Shown here piece after piece: positions 10,608 to 19,820 of a stretch of 64,000 nucleotides of DNA. Location: the NCBI GenBank assembly GCA_963733295.1, contig CAVTCS010000003.1, positions 2,720,001 through 2,784,000 of the forward strand, written 5' to 3'. Under the pieces are notes generated by a model that saw only the letters and a list, made by a program, of their open reading frames with translations, made no database searches and was not told the DNA's origin. The stretch is from Vulcanimicrobiota bacterium. Its GTDB lineage: Bacteria; Vulcanimicrobiota; Vulcanimicrobiia; Vulcanimicrobiales; Vulcanimicrobiaceae. The position numbers were made by a program, and so were the translations under genes. Positions within the stretch are counted from its first letter, which is position 1. Each line of letters opens with the position of its first letter.

Positions 10608-10946
10608 TTATTTATCGGTTAAGTTCTCGAACTCGACGTCGAAGCTGCGCTTACCGGGCTGGTCGACGATCCGCACGTGGAACCCCAGGCTGCGCATGCA
10701 ATCTCGCATCGCCTCGAGTTCGTGAAAATACTCGGACGTATCTTGGATCGTGTCCAGACCGATCGAGCGCGCCTGACAGAGCCCGATCGCCTCGTGACGC
10801 TCGCGCGTTTCGGCGGCCGTCAGACCTTTGGGCGGCGGCAAAAACTTGGAGCGCTCGACGGATAGGAACGCCAAGAGAGGCACGTCGACGAACACCAGCG
10901 AGAGCAGTCCAATGAGAATCAGGCGGACGACCCGGCGTCGCGTCAC
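10608..10946 (-). CDS. Small hypothetical protein with N-terminal membrane anchor and two Cys
   Basis: Basic N-terminus followed by the hydrophobic helix LILIGLLSLVFVDVPLLAFL; fills the gap between two + strand genes. Confidence 0.55.
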   Translation of the reverse strand: MTRRRVVRLILIGLLSLVFVDVPLLAFLSVERSKFLPPPKGLTAAETRERHEAIGLCQARSIGLDTIQDTSEYFHELEAMRDCMRSLGFHVRIVDQPGKRSFDVEFENLTDK

Positions 10947-11071
10947 CCTAGGAACCGCGGATCCTTAGATAAGGCTCGCCAGCTGCGCAATGACTCTCCC
11001 TCGCCTCGGATCCGATCATTTTATAACGGGTGGACCTTCCCTAGGACCACTTCGTGCCGTAGGCTGTCTCC

Positions 11072-11782
11072 ATGGAAGCGATGAACGTCGTGGAGCTGCG
11101 CCGCTATGTCCTCAAACCGGGACGGCGCGACGAGCTGATCGACCTCTACGAGCGCAACTTCATCGAACTGCAAGAAGCCTGCGGAATGCTGCCGAGCGGC
11201 CATTTCCGCGACCTCGACGACTCCGATCGTTTCGTCTGGTTTCGCGAGTTTCCGGATATGCCCGCGCGACGAAAAGCGTTGACGGCCTTCTACGTCGATT
11301 CGGCCGGGTGGCGAGAAAATCGCGACGCCGCCAATGCGACGCTCGTCGATACCGATAACGTCCTCTTGCTGCGGCCCGCGCGTCCGCAGAGTGGCTTCGA
11401 CCACCGAGGCCTGCAACGCGCGGAGTCAACGCAGTCCACCGGATCCCAGAGGTTCGTTGCGGTAGCGGTGCTCATGCTGGACGCGCCGGCGGGCGAGCCG
11501 TTCGTCGCCGAGTTCGAACGCGAAGTGCTCGGAGGGCTCGCGCGCGACGCGGACCGGATGGCGTATTTCGTCACGGAAGAACGACCCAATGACTTTCCGC
11601 GCCTTCCCGTTCGCGAACGCGAATGGGCCTTCGTCGTCACCGGTTCGTGCGCGGATGAGGCGTCGTTGCAACGCTGGCTGAGCAGGTTCGAGAGCGCTCG
11701 TTTGCCCGAGCCGATGCGGAACCGGATCGTCGCGTACGAGAGCTTACGGCTGAAACCCGCGACGCGCTCGCTGCTGCGCTAG
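11072..11782 (+). CDS. NIPSNAP-family protein
   Basis: VVELRRYVLKPGRRDELIDL, FRDLDD.DRFVW.R.F.DM..R, ANATL.D.DNVLLLRP, NDFPRLPVRE. Confidence 0.85.
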   Translation: MEAMNVVELRRYVLKPGRRDELIDLYERNFIELQEACGMLPSGHFRDLDDSDRFVWFREFPDMPARRKALTAFYVDSAGWRENRDAANATLVDTDNVLLLRPARPQSGFDHRGLQRAESTQSTGSQRFVAVAVLMLDAPAGEPFVAEFEREVLGGLARDADRMAYFVTEERPNDFPRLPVREREWAFVVTGSCADEASLQRWLSRFESARLPEPMRNRIVAYESLRLKPATRSLLR

Positions 11783-11812
11783 CCGTACTCCAAAACTGCG
11801 CGCTCGAGCCGG

Positions 11813-11842
11813 TTGACAATCGAACGTATGTTCGATTACTAT
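11813..11842 (+). promoter_or_regulatory. Sigma70-type promoter with LexA (SOS) box in the spacer, upstream of imuA
   Basis: TTGACA (11813-11818), palindrome AATCGAAC-GTAT-GTTCGATT (11818-11837), TACTAT (11837-11842), ATG at 11851. Matches the GAAC-N4-GTTC SOS box of Firmicutes and Actinobacteria. Confidence 0.92.
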
Positions 11843-11850
11843 GACCTCCC

Positions 11851-12651
11851 ATGCTCTCCCCTAGCCTCCCAACCGATCGCCGTGAAGTCCTCGCCGGACT
11901 GCGGACGGCGCTCGCGGCGGGCTATGGAAGCGCTACTCCCGAGAGCTTCACTGCGGCCGGGGAAAGCCTCATCTGCAGCGGCCTGGGGGAACTCGACGCG
12001 GCCCTCGGGGGCGGGTTTCCGCGAGGCATCCTGGCCACGCTCGAAGGGGCGCCGGGATCGGGGCGATCGACCGTAGCCGCGCGCTTGCTGGCGATCGCCA
12101 CCTGCACCGGCCTGGCCGCGCTCCTCGAGTCGCCTGCGGGATCCGACGGGTCGTTCTATCCGCCGGCGCTCGCCGCGGCGGGTGTCGATCTGGAACGCCT
12201 GCTCGTCGTTCCCGCCGAAAGCGCGAACGGCATCGCGCGCGCGACCGACATCCTCTTGCGAGCCGGCGCCTTCGGCGTCATCGTCATTCCGGCAATCGCG
12301 TTGAGTTCGACTGCGTGGACGCGTTTGGCGAGCTTGACGCACCGCGCCAACGCGCTCGTCGTCGCACTCGGCGACGCATCCGACGAATTGCGCTACTTCG
12401 CGACTCTGCGCGTGCGTTGCCGGCCGGTGCGCGCGCGCTTCGCGGGAACGTCGGGTCTCTTCAACGCGCTGGTGGAAACCGGTTTCGAAGCGACGGTCCT
12501 CAAACACAAGCGCGCCGCACCCGGAAAGCGCGCGCTCGTCGACTGCGCGACGTTCGAGCGCGACGGCGCACTCCTCGTCCCGCTCCGCGAACGCGTTCTC
12601 ATGGAAAATTCCTTGCAGCGCATCTTTGGGGAGAGGACACTTGCGCTATGA
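11851..12651 (+). CDS. imuA: ImuA (RecA-like SOS mutagenesis accessory protein)
   Basis: SGLGELDAALGGGFPRG, degenerate Walker A GAPGSGRST, FYPPALAAAGVDLERLLVV; context with an SOS box, imuB and dnaE2. Confidence 0.88.
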   Translation: MLSPSLPTDRREVLAGLRTALAAGYGSATPESFTAAGESLICSGLGELDAALGGGFPRGILATLEGAPGSGRSTVAARLLAIATCTGLAALLESPAGSDGSFYPPALAAAGVDLERLLVVPAESANGIARATDILLRAGAFGVIVIPAIALSSTAWTRLASLTHRANALVVALGDASDELRYFATLRVRCRPVRARFAGTSGLFNALVETGFEATVLKHKRAAPGKRALVDCATFERDGALLVPLRERVLMENSLQRIFGERTLAL

Positions 12652-13520
12652 CCCGTACCGCGTTGCGCACGCTCCTGTTCTTCATCGTCGTCGCGATCCT
12701 CGCCGTCATCAGCGGGTTTCTCGTCCCGCTGCGGGTCAGCGCGGGCGCCGCCCCGGCCGCCACCTTCGAGTTCGACGGCCTCGAGCGCACGTACCGGGTT
12801 TTCCGGCCCGCAGCGCTCGCGAGCGCGGCACCCGTACCGCTGGTCGTGATGCTGCACGGCGGTTTCGGTACCGGGCTCCAAGCCGAAAAATCTTATCATT
12901 GGGATGAGGAGGCGGCGCGCTTCGGCTTCGTCGTCCTCTATCCCGACGGAATCCGGCGTGCTTGGAATGCGGGCATTTGCTGCGGCGCGCCGCAGCGGAA
13001 CAACGTCGACGACGTCGGCTTCTTGAGCGCACTCATCGAACGAGTCGCGCGCGACCAAAACGTCGACCGGAGCCGCATCTACCTGACGGGCATTTCGAAC
13101 GGGGCGATGATGGCATACCGGATGGCGTGCGAAGCGCCGCTCGACATCGCAGCGATCGGACCGGTCGCCGGAACGCTTCCGGTATCGTGCGCGCAAGCGA
13201 AGCCCACCTCGGCGCTGGCGATCCACGGTCTCCTCGACAAACTCGTCCCGTTCGAAGGCGGCGCGGCGAGCGTCGCGCACTGGCGCAAAATCGACCGATG
13301 TGCGGCGCCGGCCGTAAGCAGCTCCGGCAGCGTGACCGAATCGCGAGCGGCGTGCGCGCAAGGCCGTGCGGTCGAACTCATCGCGATCGCGGGAGTGGGT
13401 CACCAATGGCCCGGAAGCGTCCCGCCCCCCGCGTTCTTGCAACCGTGGATGGGTCCGCCGAGTACCGCGCTCGATGCGACCGCAACGCTCTGGCAATTTT
13501 TTAGCGCACATCGTTCGTAA
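12648..13520 (+). CDS. Exported PHB-depolymerase/LpqC-like alpha/beta-hydrolase esterase
   Basis: ATGA overlap with imuA. Signal/TM segment, MLHGG, WNAG.CCG, DDVGF, GISNG nucleophile, D.LVP, GHQWP. Confidence 0.88.
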   Translation: MTRTALRTLLFFIVVAILAVISGFLVPLRVSAGAAPAATFEFDGLERTYRVFRPAALASAAPVPLVVMLHGGFGTGLQAEKSYHWDEEAARFGFVVLYPDGIRRAWNAGICCGAPQRNNVDDVGFLSALIERVARDQNVDRSRIYLTGISNGAMMAYRMACEAPLDIAAIGPVAGTLPVSCAQAKPTSALAIHGLLDKLVPFEGGAASVAHWRKIDRCAAPAVSSSGSVTESRAACAQGRAVELIAIAGVGHQWPGSVPPPAFLQPWMGPPSTALDATATLWQFFSAHRS

Positions 13521-13526
13521 CGCGCC

Positions 13527-15017
13527 GTGCCGATCATCTGCGCGCTGGTCCCGGCTTATAAAGTCGAGATCGCGCGGCTGAACGAGGTTGCTTTGCGCGA
13601 AATGCCGGTGATCGTGGTCGACCGTCTCGAGCGCGGACACGCGCTCGACCTCGACGGTGCCGCCTTCGCGCTCGGCGCGCGCCGCGGAATGACGCTGCTC
13701 GCGGCGAGCGCCGGCGCGCGCGAAGCCGGGATCGTGGTCGACGACCCGAAACGCAACGCGTGCGTCTGGGAGCGCGTCCTGGACGCACTCGACGCGGCTT
13801 CGCCGTTGATCGAAGATGCGGGCGAAGGAATCGCATTTCTCGAGATGCGCGGCATTGCCGGAACGCCCGAACGCTGGATCGCGACGGTGCGTGAGGCGCT
13901 CGCCGCCGACGAAACGATCGCCGGACTGTCCTTTCGCATCGGTCTGGGGAGCAATTCGTTCGTAGCCCGGGCGGCGGCGCTCGTGCGCGACGGCACGATC
14001 GTGCGACCCGGCGAAGAAGCCGCCTTCGTCGCACCGCTTCCGCTCGAGGTGCTCGAGATCGAAGCGGCGTTCGTCGAGCGTTTGCATTTGCTCGGCGTGC
14101 GCGCGCTCGGCACGCTCGCCGCGCTTCCGCACGGACCCTTCGTGCGGCGCTTCGGACCCGAAGCGGCGCGCTGGCACGCCCGCGCCTGCGGTCGCGATGC
14201 GGCGCCGCTCGTGCCGCGCCCGCGCCGTTTGCGCATCGATCGATCGCTCTACGGTGAAGGTAGCGCCGAACGTGAAGATCAGTTGCTCTTCGCGTTGCGT
14301 ACGCTCGTCACGCGCGTTGCCGACGACGTTTCGTTCGCCGGGAAACGCTGCGGCTGTTTGCGTTTAGAACTCGAGTGCGAGGACGGCGAGAAACTCGAAT
14401 TGCCGATCTCGCTGGCGCAACCGACCTCTGTGGGCAGTACGATGTTCGAACTTTTACGCGCGCGTCTCGACGGTTTCAAACTGGCCGCGCCGGTCATCGG
14501 CCTCAAGCTGGGCGCCGAGCGGCTCGAAGAAGGCGGCACGACGCTCGCGCTGTTTGCGGGAGACGATCCCGACCCGGAAGCCGTCGCGATCGCGCTGGCC
14601 CGGCTCGAGGCGGCGCTCGGACCTCAGCATGCACTGCGTGCGCGCGTGGTTGCGGGGAACCGCCCCGAAAGCCGCTACGCCTACGAGCCCTTCGATGCGG
14701 CGAGCCTCGCGCGCGACCCTCGAGTCCGGCCGGTGCGCGCAGCGCGCGGTGCGTGCGGAACGCTCGCCTATCGCGTGCTCGCGCCGCGCGAAATCGCGGT
14801 GCGGCTCGAGCGCGGCCGGCCGGCTTGCGTCAAAGGACGTGCCGTCCTCGACGTCGCCGGACCTTGGCGCGTCGACGAGGCATGGTGGGCCGACGCGCTC
14901 GACGCCGGCGTAACCCCGTACGCGAGCGACGCTTACGACGTGCTCCTCGAGGACGGTGCATTGCTCCGCATCGTGTGCGAATCCGAACGCTGGTACTTGC
15001 GCGGAACGTACGACTAA
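13527..15017 (+). CDS. imuB: ImuB (catalytically inactive Y-family polymerase)
   Basis: Y-family architecture (GARRGMTL, IGLGSNSFVARAA, LPLEVL, LHLLGVRALG) without the N-terminal catalytic Asp; C-terminal GPWRVDEAWW typical of ImuB. Confidence 0.88.
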   Translation: MPIICALVPAYKVEIARLNEVALREMPVIVVDRLERGHALDLDGAAFALGARRGMTLLAASAGAREAGIVVDDPKRNACVWERVLDALDAASPLIEDAGEGIAFLEMRGIAGTPERWIATVREALAADETIAGLSFRIGLGSNSFVARAAALVRDGTIVRPGEEAAFVAPLPLEVLEIEAAFVERLHLLGVRALGTLAALPHGPFVRRFGPEAARWHARACGRDAAPLVPRPRRLRIDRSLYGEGSAEREDQLLFALRTLVTRVADDVSFAGKRCGCLRLELECEDGEKLELPISLAQPTSVGSTMFELLRARLDGFKLAAPVIGLKLGAERLEEGGTTLALFAGDDPDPEAVAIALARLEAALGPQHALRARVVAGNRPESRYAYEPFDAASLARDPRVRPVRAARGACGTLAYRVLAPREIAVRLERGRPACVKGRAVLDVAGPWRVDEAWWADALDAGVTPYASDAYDVLLEDGALLRIVCESERWYLRGTYD

Positions 15018-15061
15018 GGCGCGCAAGGCGGTAAATCCAGCCGCTCGTGCAAAGCAGCGGC

Positions 15062-15580
15062 ATGCGTAAGCTCTTGGTGCTGGCCGCCGGGATCGCGTGG
15101 CTCGGCGCCTCGCCCGCGCCCGGCGCCTCACCGCTTGCCGAAGCGAGCTGTCCGCACGCGGCGCCGGAAGTCGACGCCTACGACGCGCTCGCGATGAGCC
15201 CCGGCGTCCCCGCGGACGACGTCATCGCAGCAGCGCTCGACGCCTCGGGAGCGTACGACAGGTGCGCGGCCTTCGCCAGCACGCGCGGCTACGTCGAAGA
15301 TCTGCACTACGCACAAGTTCGCTCCGCACGCTATCACTACGCGGCGGGCCGGCTGTATTTCTCATCCGGCGACTACGCCCAAGCGCGACGCGAACTCGGC
15401 ATCGCGCGCGCACTCGTTGCGGACACGATCGATTGGATGCATCCCTCCGCCTCGAAGTACCGCGCCGAGGCACTCGCCGTGCGCGACGATGCCGGCGCAC
15501 TGCTCGCGAAGATCCCGTTGCCGACCGGCATCTCGACCGCCCCCGCGAGGACGCCGGCGACGACGCCCGCGCCGCAGTGA
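15062..15580 (+). CDS. Secreted helical (TPR-like) hypothetical protein
   Basis: Signal peptide MRKLLVLAAGIAWLGA; AGRLYFSSGDYAQARREL resembles a TPR helix pair. Confidence 0.65.
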   Translation: MRKLLVLAAGIAWLGASPAPGASPLAEASCPHAAPEVDAYDALAMSPGVPADDVIAAALDASGAYDRCAAFASTRGYVEDLHYAQVRSARYHYAAGRLYFSSGDYAQARRELGIARALVADTIDWMHPSASKYRAEALAVRDDAGALLAKIPLPTGISTAPARTPATTPAPQ

Positions 15581-15596
15581 ACGCAGGCTGCGCCGG

Positions 15597-16355
15597 CTAG
15601 TCGACTTCGCGTGCGTTGAGATCGACCAGCGCGCCGTTTATGCCCGACGAGCGGTCCGCCGCGAGAAAAGCGAGCACCTCGGCAACTTCTTGCGGGGTCG
15701 CGGCCGCCTTCAAGTCCCCAGGGTCGTAAAACTTTTCGGCGCCGGCGAATGCCACGCCGCCGAGCACCAGCGCGTTCGCGACGATTCCGTCGGCTTTGTA
15801 ATCGCGCGCAAGGCCGAGCATCAACGTATTCACCGCCGCTTTCGCTGCTCCGAACAAGGCTCGGCCGGGTCCCGGATCTTTCGACGAACCGGCAGTGACG
15901 GTCACGATGCGGCCGCGCGAACGGGCCCCGGCACGGTACGGTTGCGCGAGCATCGCGCGGAGAGCGGCGACCGTAAGCGAATACGCAGTCTCGAGGAAGC
16001 CTTGGAGGTTTTTGCGCAAATCGTCGAGCGACGTTTCAGCCAGCGCTCCGCCGAAGCCGCCGCCGCCTGCCAAGTTCACGACCGCATCGATGCGACCGAG
16101 TTGTTCGACGGTATGTGCGACGGCGCGCGCGGCATCGGCCGGAAGGCTCAGATCGGCGCGAAATGCGAGCGCCCGTTCGCGCGAATCTGAATCGAGTGCG
16201 CTCGCAATCGTCGCGCGCGCGCGCGATTCGTCGCGCGAAAGCACCACGACCCGCGCGCCTTCGCGCACGAGCGCGGTCAGTGTCGCAGCACCGACCCGGC
16301 CGGTCGCGCCGGCCAGCAGAATCGCATCGCCCTCGCAATCTCCCGCTCGGCTCAT
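15597..16355 (-). CDS. SDR-family oxidoreductase, atypical (FxxxK in place of YxxxK)
   Basis: GATGRVG Rossmann motif, GRIDAVVNLAG, LFGAAKAAV, C-terminal PQEVAEVLAFLA..SSGING. ATG at 16355 chosen as start. Confidence 0.85.
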   Translation of the reverse strand: MSRAGDCEGDAILLAGATGRVGAATLTALVREGARVVVLSRDESRARATIASALDSDSRERALAFRADLSLPADAARAVAHTVEQLGRIDAVVNLAGGGGFGGALAETSLDDLRKNLQGFLETAYSLTVAALRAMLAQPYRAGARSRGRIVTVTAGSSKDPGPGRALFGAAKAAVNTLMLGLARDYKADGIVANALVLGGVAFAGAEKFYDPGDLKAAATPQEVAEVLAFLAADRSSGINGALVDLNAREVD

Positions 16356-16396
16356 GTGCGACCGTCGTTCTCGCGGAGGCCAGCCCGGCCCCCGGA

Positions 16397-16425
16397 TTGA
16401 CATCGAACGTATGTTCGATTACGAT
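16397..16425 (+). promoter_or_regulatory. Sigma70-type promoter with LexA (SOS) box, upstream of dnaE2
   Basis: TTGACA (16397-16402), CGAAC-GTAT-GTTCG (16404-16417), TACGAT (16420-16425) with a 17-bp spacer, ATG at 16434. Confidence 0.92.
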
Positions 16426-16433
16426 GACGCCCC

Positions 16434-19400
16434 ATGCCTGCCGTGCGGTACGCCGAGCTACACTGCCGCTCCAATTTTAGCTTCCTGGAAGGGGCCTCGC
16501 ACCCTGAGGAATTGATCGAGCGCGGCCGCGATCTGGATTTGGCCGGGCTGGCTCTGACCGACCGCGACGGAGTCTATGGTTCGGTCCGCTTTTGCAAGGC
16601 AGCCAAATCCGGGAATTTTCCGGCGATCGTCGGCGCCGAGCTGACCCTCGACGTGCCCGAGCTGCGCCCCAAACGGCGCAACGCTCCCAGCGCCGAAGAG
16701 TCGCACGCCTTTCCTCGGCTCGTGCTGCTCGCCGAAGACGAGACCGGCTACGCCAACCTCGCCCACGCGATCTCGACGGCCCAGCTTCGCGGACGCAAAC
16801 GCGACGCGCGTTTGCAACTCGCGGACCTCGCCGGACAAACCGGCGGCCTAATCGCGCTTTCCGCCTCGCGTCACGGGTATGCCGAAGAAGCGCTGCAGCG
16901 CGGCGACGTCGCAACCGCGCGCGAACGCGCCGCGACGCTGCGCGACATCTTTCCCGGTCGCTTCTACTTCGAGTTGCAGCACCACTTGCGTCCCGAAGAC
17001 GCACGGCTCATCCTCGCGCAACTCCGCCTCGCCGAAGATCTGGATGCACCCTGCGTCGCCACCAACGGCGCAGCCTACGCGCGTCCCGGAGACGCGTTAC
17101 TCTGCGACGTTCTCACCTGCATCAAGTACAAAACGAACCTTCCCCGGGCCGGCACGCTGCTTCTCCCCAACCACGAGTTCTATCTCAAGAGTCCCGCGCA
17201 AATGGCGCGCATCTTCGCGCCGTATCCCAAAGCCCTCGAAAACACGCTCGCGATCGCCGAACGCTGCCGTTTCCGGCTCGAGCGGCTCGCCGGTCAATTT
17301 CCGCTCTTCCCCGTACCTGCGAACGAATCGAGCACGCACTCCTACTTGCGGACGCTCGTCGAGCGCGGCGCGAGAAAACGCTACGGCAATCCGCTTCCCT
17401 CCAAAGTCGAACGCCAGCTCGAATACGAGCTCGGCATCATCGCACGCCTCGACCTCGCCGGCTACTTCCTCGTCGTCTGGGACATTTCACGCGAAGCCGA
17501 AGAGCTCGGCGTCCTCGCGCAAGGCCGCGGTTCCGCCGCCAACTCCGCCGTCTGCTACGCCCTCGGCATCACCGCCGTCGATCCGATCGGAATGAACCTG
17601 CTCTTCGAGCGCTTTTTATCGGAAGAGCGCAACGAAGTCCCCGACATCGACATCGACTTCGCTCACCAAGACCGCGAAAAAGTCATCCAATACGTCTATA
17701 ACCGCTACGGCCGCGAACACGCCGCCATGACCGCCGAAACCATCACGTACCGGACGCGCTCCGCCATTCGCGACGTCGGCAAAGCCCTCGGTCTGAGCCT
17801 AGCCCAAGTCGACGCCGTCTCGAAGGAATACGACGCGCGCGAATCCCTCGCCGGCGCGCTCGGCGCCGGCGAAACCCCAACCTCGCAAGCGCTGCCCGAC
17901 TCGGTCCTGCGTCGCCGCGACCTCGACACCGGCTCCAACATCCGCGTCTCGCGCGCAGATGCCCCGGAGCCCACGAAGATCGGGAATCCGGAGCCGAACG
18001 TGCGTGGACCGGTCGGCGGCAAAGTCGGGGCGCTGTTGCTCGCGCTGTGCCGGCGTGTCGACGGATTCCCGCGGCACATGGGGATTCACTCGGGCGGAAT
18101 GGTCATCACGCGCGATCCGCTCGTGCGCGTCGCGCCGGTCGAATGGGCGACGATGCGCGACCGGACGATCGTGCAGTGGGACAAAGACGACCTCAGCGAT
18201 CTCGGCTTGATCAAGATCGATCTGCTCGGCCTCGGTATGCTCTCGCTACTGCGCGACGCGTTCGCGCTGCATCGCAGGCGCTACGGCGAGACGAAGCCGG
18301 CGCTGTCGCTGGCAAGCATCCCGCCCGACGACGAACCGACGTATGAGATGCTGACGCGAGCGGATTCGATCGGAGTGTTTCAGGTCGAATCGCGCGCGCA
18401 GCAATCGATGCTGCCGCGCATGAAACCGAAATGCTTTTACGATCTCGTGATGCAAGTCGCGATCATCCGGCCCGGACCGATTCAAGGCGACATGGTTCAC
18501 CCGTTTTTGCGGCGGCGCAACGGGCTCGAACCGGTCACGTATCCGCATCCGAAGTTGAAGCCGGTCTTGGAGCGGACGCTGGGCGTGCCGCTCTTTCAAG
18601 AACAAGGGATGCGCATGGCGATCGAGGCGGCCGGCTTCTCGGCGGGGCAGGCGGATCAATTGCGCCGCGCGATGGGACACAAGCGTTCGCGCGAACGAAT
18701 GACCGAGATCTATCCGAAGCTGATCGACGGGATGGTGCAGAACGGAATCGGGCGCGCGGCGGCCGAGCAGCTCTACCATATGCTGCAAGGCTTTGCGGAT
18801 TACGGTTTTCCGGAATCGCACGCAGCCAGCTTCGCGCTGCTGTCGTATGCGTCGTCCTACGTCAAGTGTCACGAGCCGGCGGTGTTCCTGGCCGCAATTC
18901 TCAACGTGCAACCGATGGGGTTTTATTCGACCGAAGTCCTCGTCAACGACGCGCGCCGGCACGGCGTCGTGGTGCTTCCGATCGAAGTCAACGCGAGCGA
19001 GTTTTGGAGCTTCGTCGACGAGCGGGGCGGCGTGCGGCTCGGCTTTCACATCGTACGCGGACTGGGGGAAGCGCAGCGCGCGCAACTCGAGGCGGCGCTC
19101 GCGCAAGGAACGTTCGCCGATCTGTCCGATTTCGCGGCGCGCTCCGGCTTGAGCAAGGACGCCCTCGAGAACCTCGCGATCGCCGGCGCGTTCGCGCCCT
19201 GGTTCGACTCGCGCCGCGAAGCGATGTGGGCGCTGCGCGCGCTCGACGAACGTATCGCGCGAGGCGAACTCGGCCGCGCGATGGAGATCGACGACGAACC
19301 CGCAGCGGCATTCGCGAGCTTGACGCCGCGCGAGGAAACCGCCTTCGATCTGTGGGGCACCGGACTCACCACGGGAACCCAGCCGATCGCGCACTTCCGC

Positions 19401-19742
19401 GCCGAGCTCGACGCGCACGGCGTCATCGCGGCCGGCCGTTTGAGCGCGATGCCGAACCATCTGCTCTGCAAGGTCGGCGGCATGGTCATCACGCGACAGC
19501 GTCCGGGCACCGCGAAAGGCTTCGTGTTCCTTACGCTCGAGGACGAGACGGGCTTGATCAACGTCATCGTCAATCCCGCCGTCTACGAGCGTCACCGGCG
19601 CGCGATCCGCTCGGCGAGCGCGCTGATCATCGAAGGCACCTTACAGAAAGAACAAGGTTGCCTCGACGTGCTCGCCAAGCGCTTTTGGCCGCTCGAAACG
19701 CACGGCGCAACCGACGGCATCGCGGCGCGCAACTTCCATTAA
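16434..19742 (+). CDS. dnaE2: Error-prone DNA polymerase DnaE2 (ImuC)
   Basis: YAELHCRSNFSFLEGAS PHP domain, GRGSAANS, PDIDIDF, FPRH.G.HSGG, QWDKDD, YGFPESHAASFA, OB fold QRPGTAKG and C-terminal ARNFH (SRDFH-like) tail. Confidence 0.97.
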   Translation: MPAVRYAELHCRSNFSFLEGASHPEELIERGRDLDLAGLALTDRDGVYGSVRFCKAAKSGNFPAIVGAELTLDVPELRPKRRNAPSAEESHAFPRLVLLAEDETGYANLAHAISTAQLRGRKRDARLQLADLAGQTGGLIALSASRHGYAEEALQRGDVATARERAATLRDIFPGRFYFELQHHLRPEDARLILAQLRLAEDLDAPCVATNGAAYARPGDALLCDVLTCIKYKTNLPRAGTLLLPNHEFYLKSPAQMARIFAPYPKALENTLAIAERCRFRLERLAGQFPLFPVPANESSTHSYLRTLVERGARKRYGNPLPSKVERQLEYELGIIARLDLAGYFLVVWDISREAEELGVLAQGRGSAANSAVCYALGITAVDPIGMNLLFERFLSEERNEVPDIDIDFAHQDREKVIQYVYNRYGREHAAMTAETITYRTRSAIRDVGKALGLSLAQVDAVSKEYDARESLAGALGAGETPTSQALPDSVLRRRDLDTGSNIRVSRADAPEPTKIGNPEPNVRGPVGGKVGALLLALCRRVDGFPRHMGIHSGGMVITRDPLVRVAPVEWATMRDRTIVQWDKDDLSDLGLIKIDLLGLGMLSLLRDAFALHRRRYGETKPALSLASIPPDDEPTYEMLTRADSIGVFQVESRAQQSMLPRMKPKCFYDLVMQVAIIRPGPIQGDMVHPFLRRRNGLEPVTYPHPKLKPVLERTLGVPLFQEQGMRMAIEAAGFSAGQADQLRRAMGHKRSRERMTEIYPKLIDGMVQNGIGRAAAEQLYHMLQGFADYGFPESHAASFALLSYASSYVKCHEPAVFLAAILNVQPMGFYSTEVLVNDARRHGVVVLPIEVNASEFWSFVDERGGVRLGFHIVRGLGEAQRAQLEAALAQGTFADLSDFAARSGLSKDALENLAIAGAFAPWFDSRREAMWALRALDERIARGELGRAMEIDDEPAAAFASLTPREETAFDLWGTGLTTGTQPIAHFRAELDAHGVIAAGRLSAMPNHLLCKVGGMVITRQRPGTAKGFVFLTLEDETGLINVIVNPAVYERHRRAIRSASALIIEGTLQKEQGCLDVLAKRFWPLETHGATDGIAARNFH

Positions 19743-19820
19743 TGGATAGTGAGGGTAGGCTTTCGGCGCTCGGGGGCCAAGCTAAGGACCGTTCCTCAGC
19801 GACGAAAGGAAGTGCCTCGA

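Noticed and set aside
10940..11050. Short palindromes and repeated CCCTAGGA in an AT-richer intergenic region as mobile-element ends
   Set aside because: Too short, with no transposase or target-site duplication.
17860..18030. Intein in dnaE2
   Set aside because: Too short, and lacks the C/S start and HN-C/S/T end.
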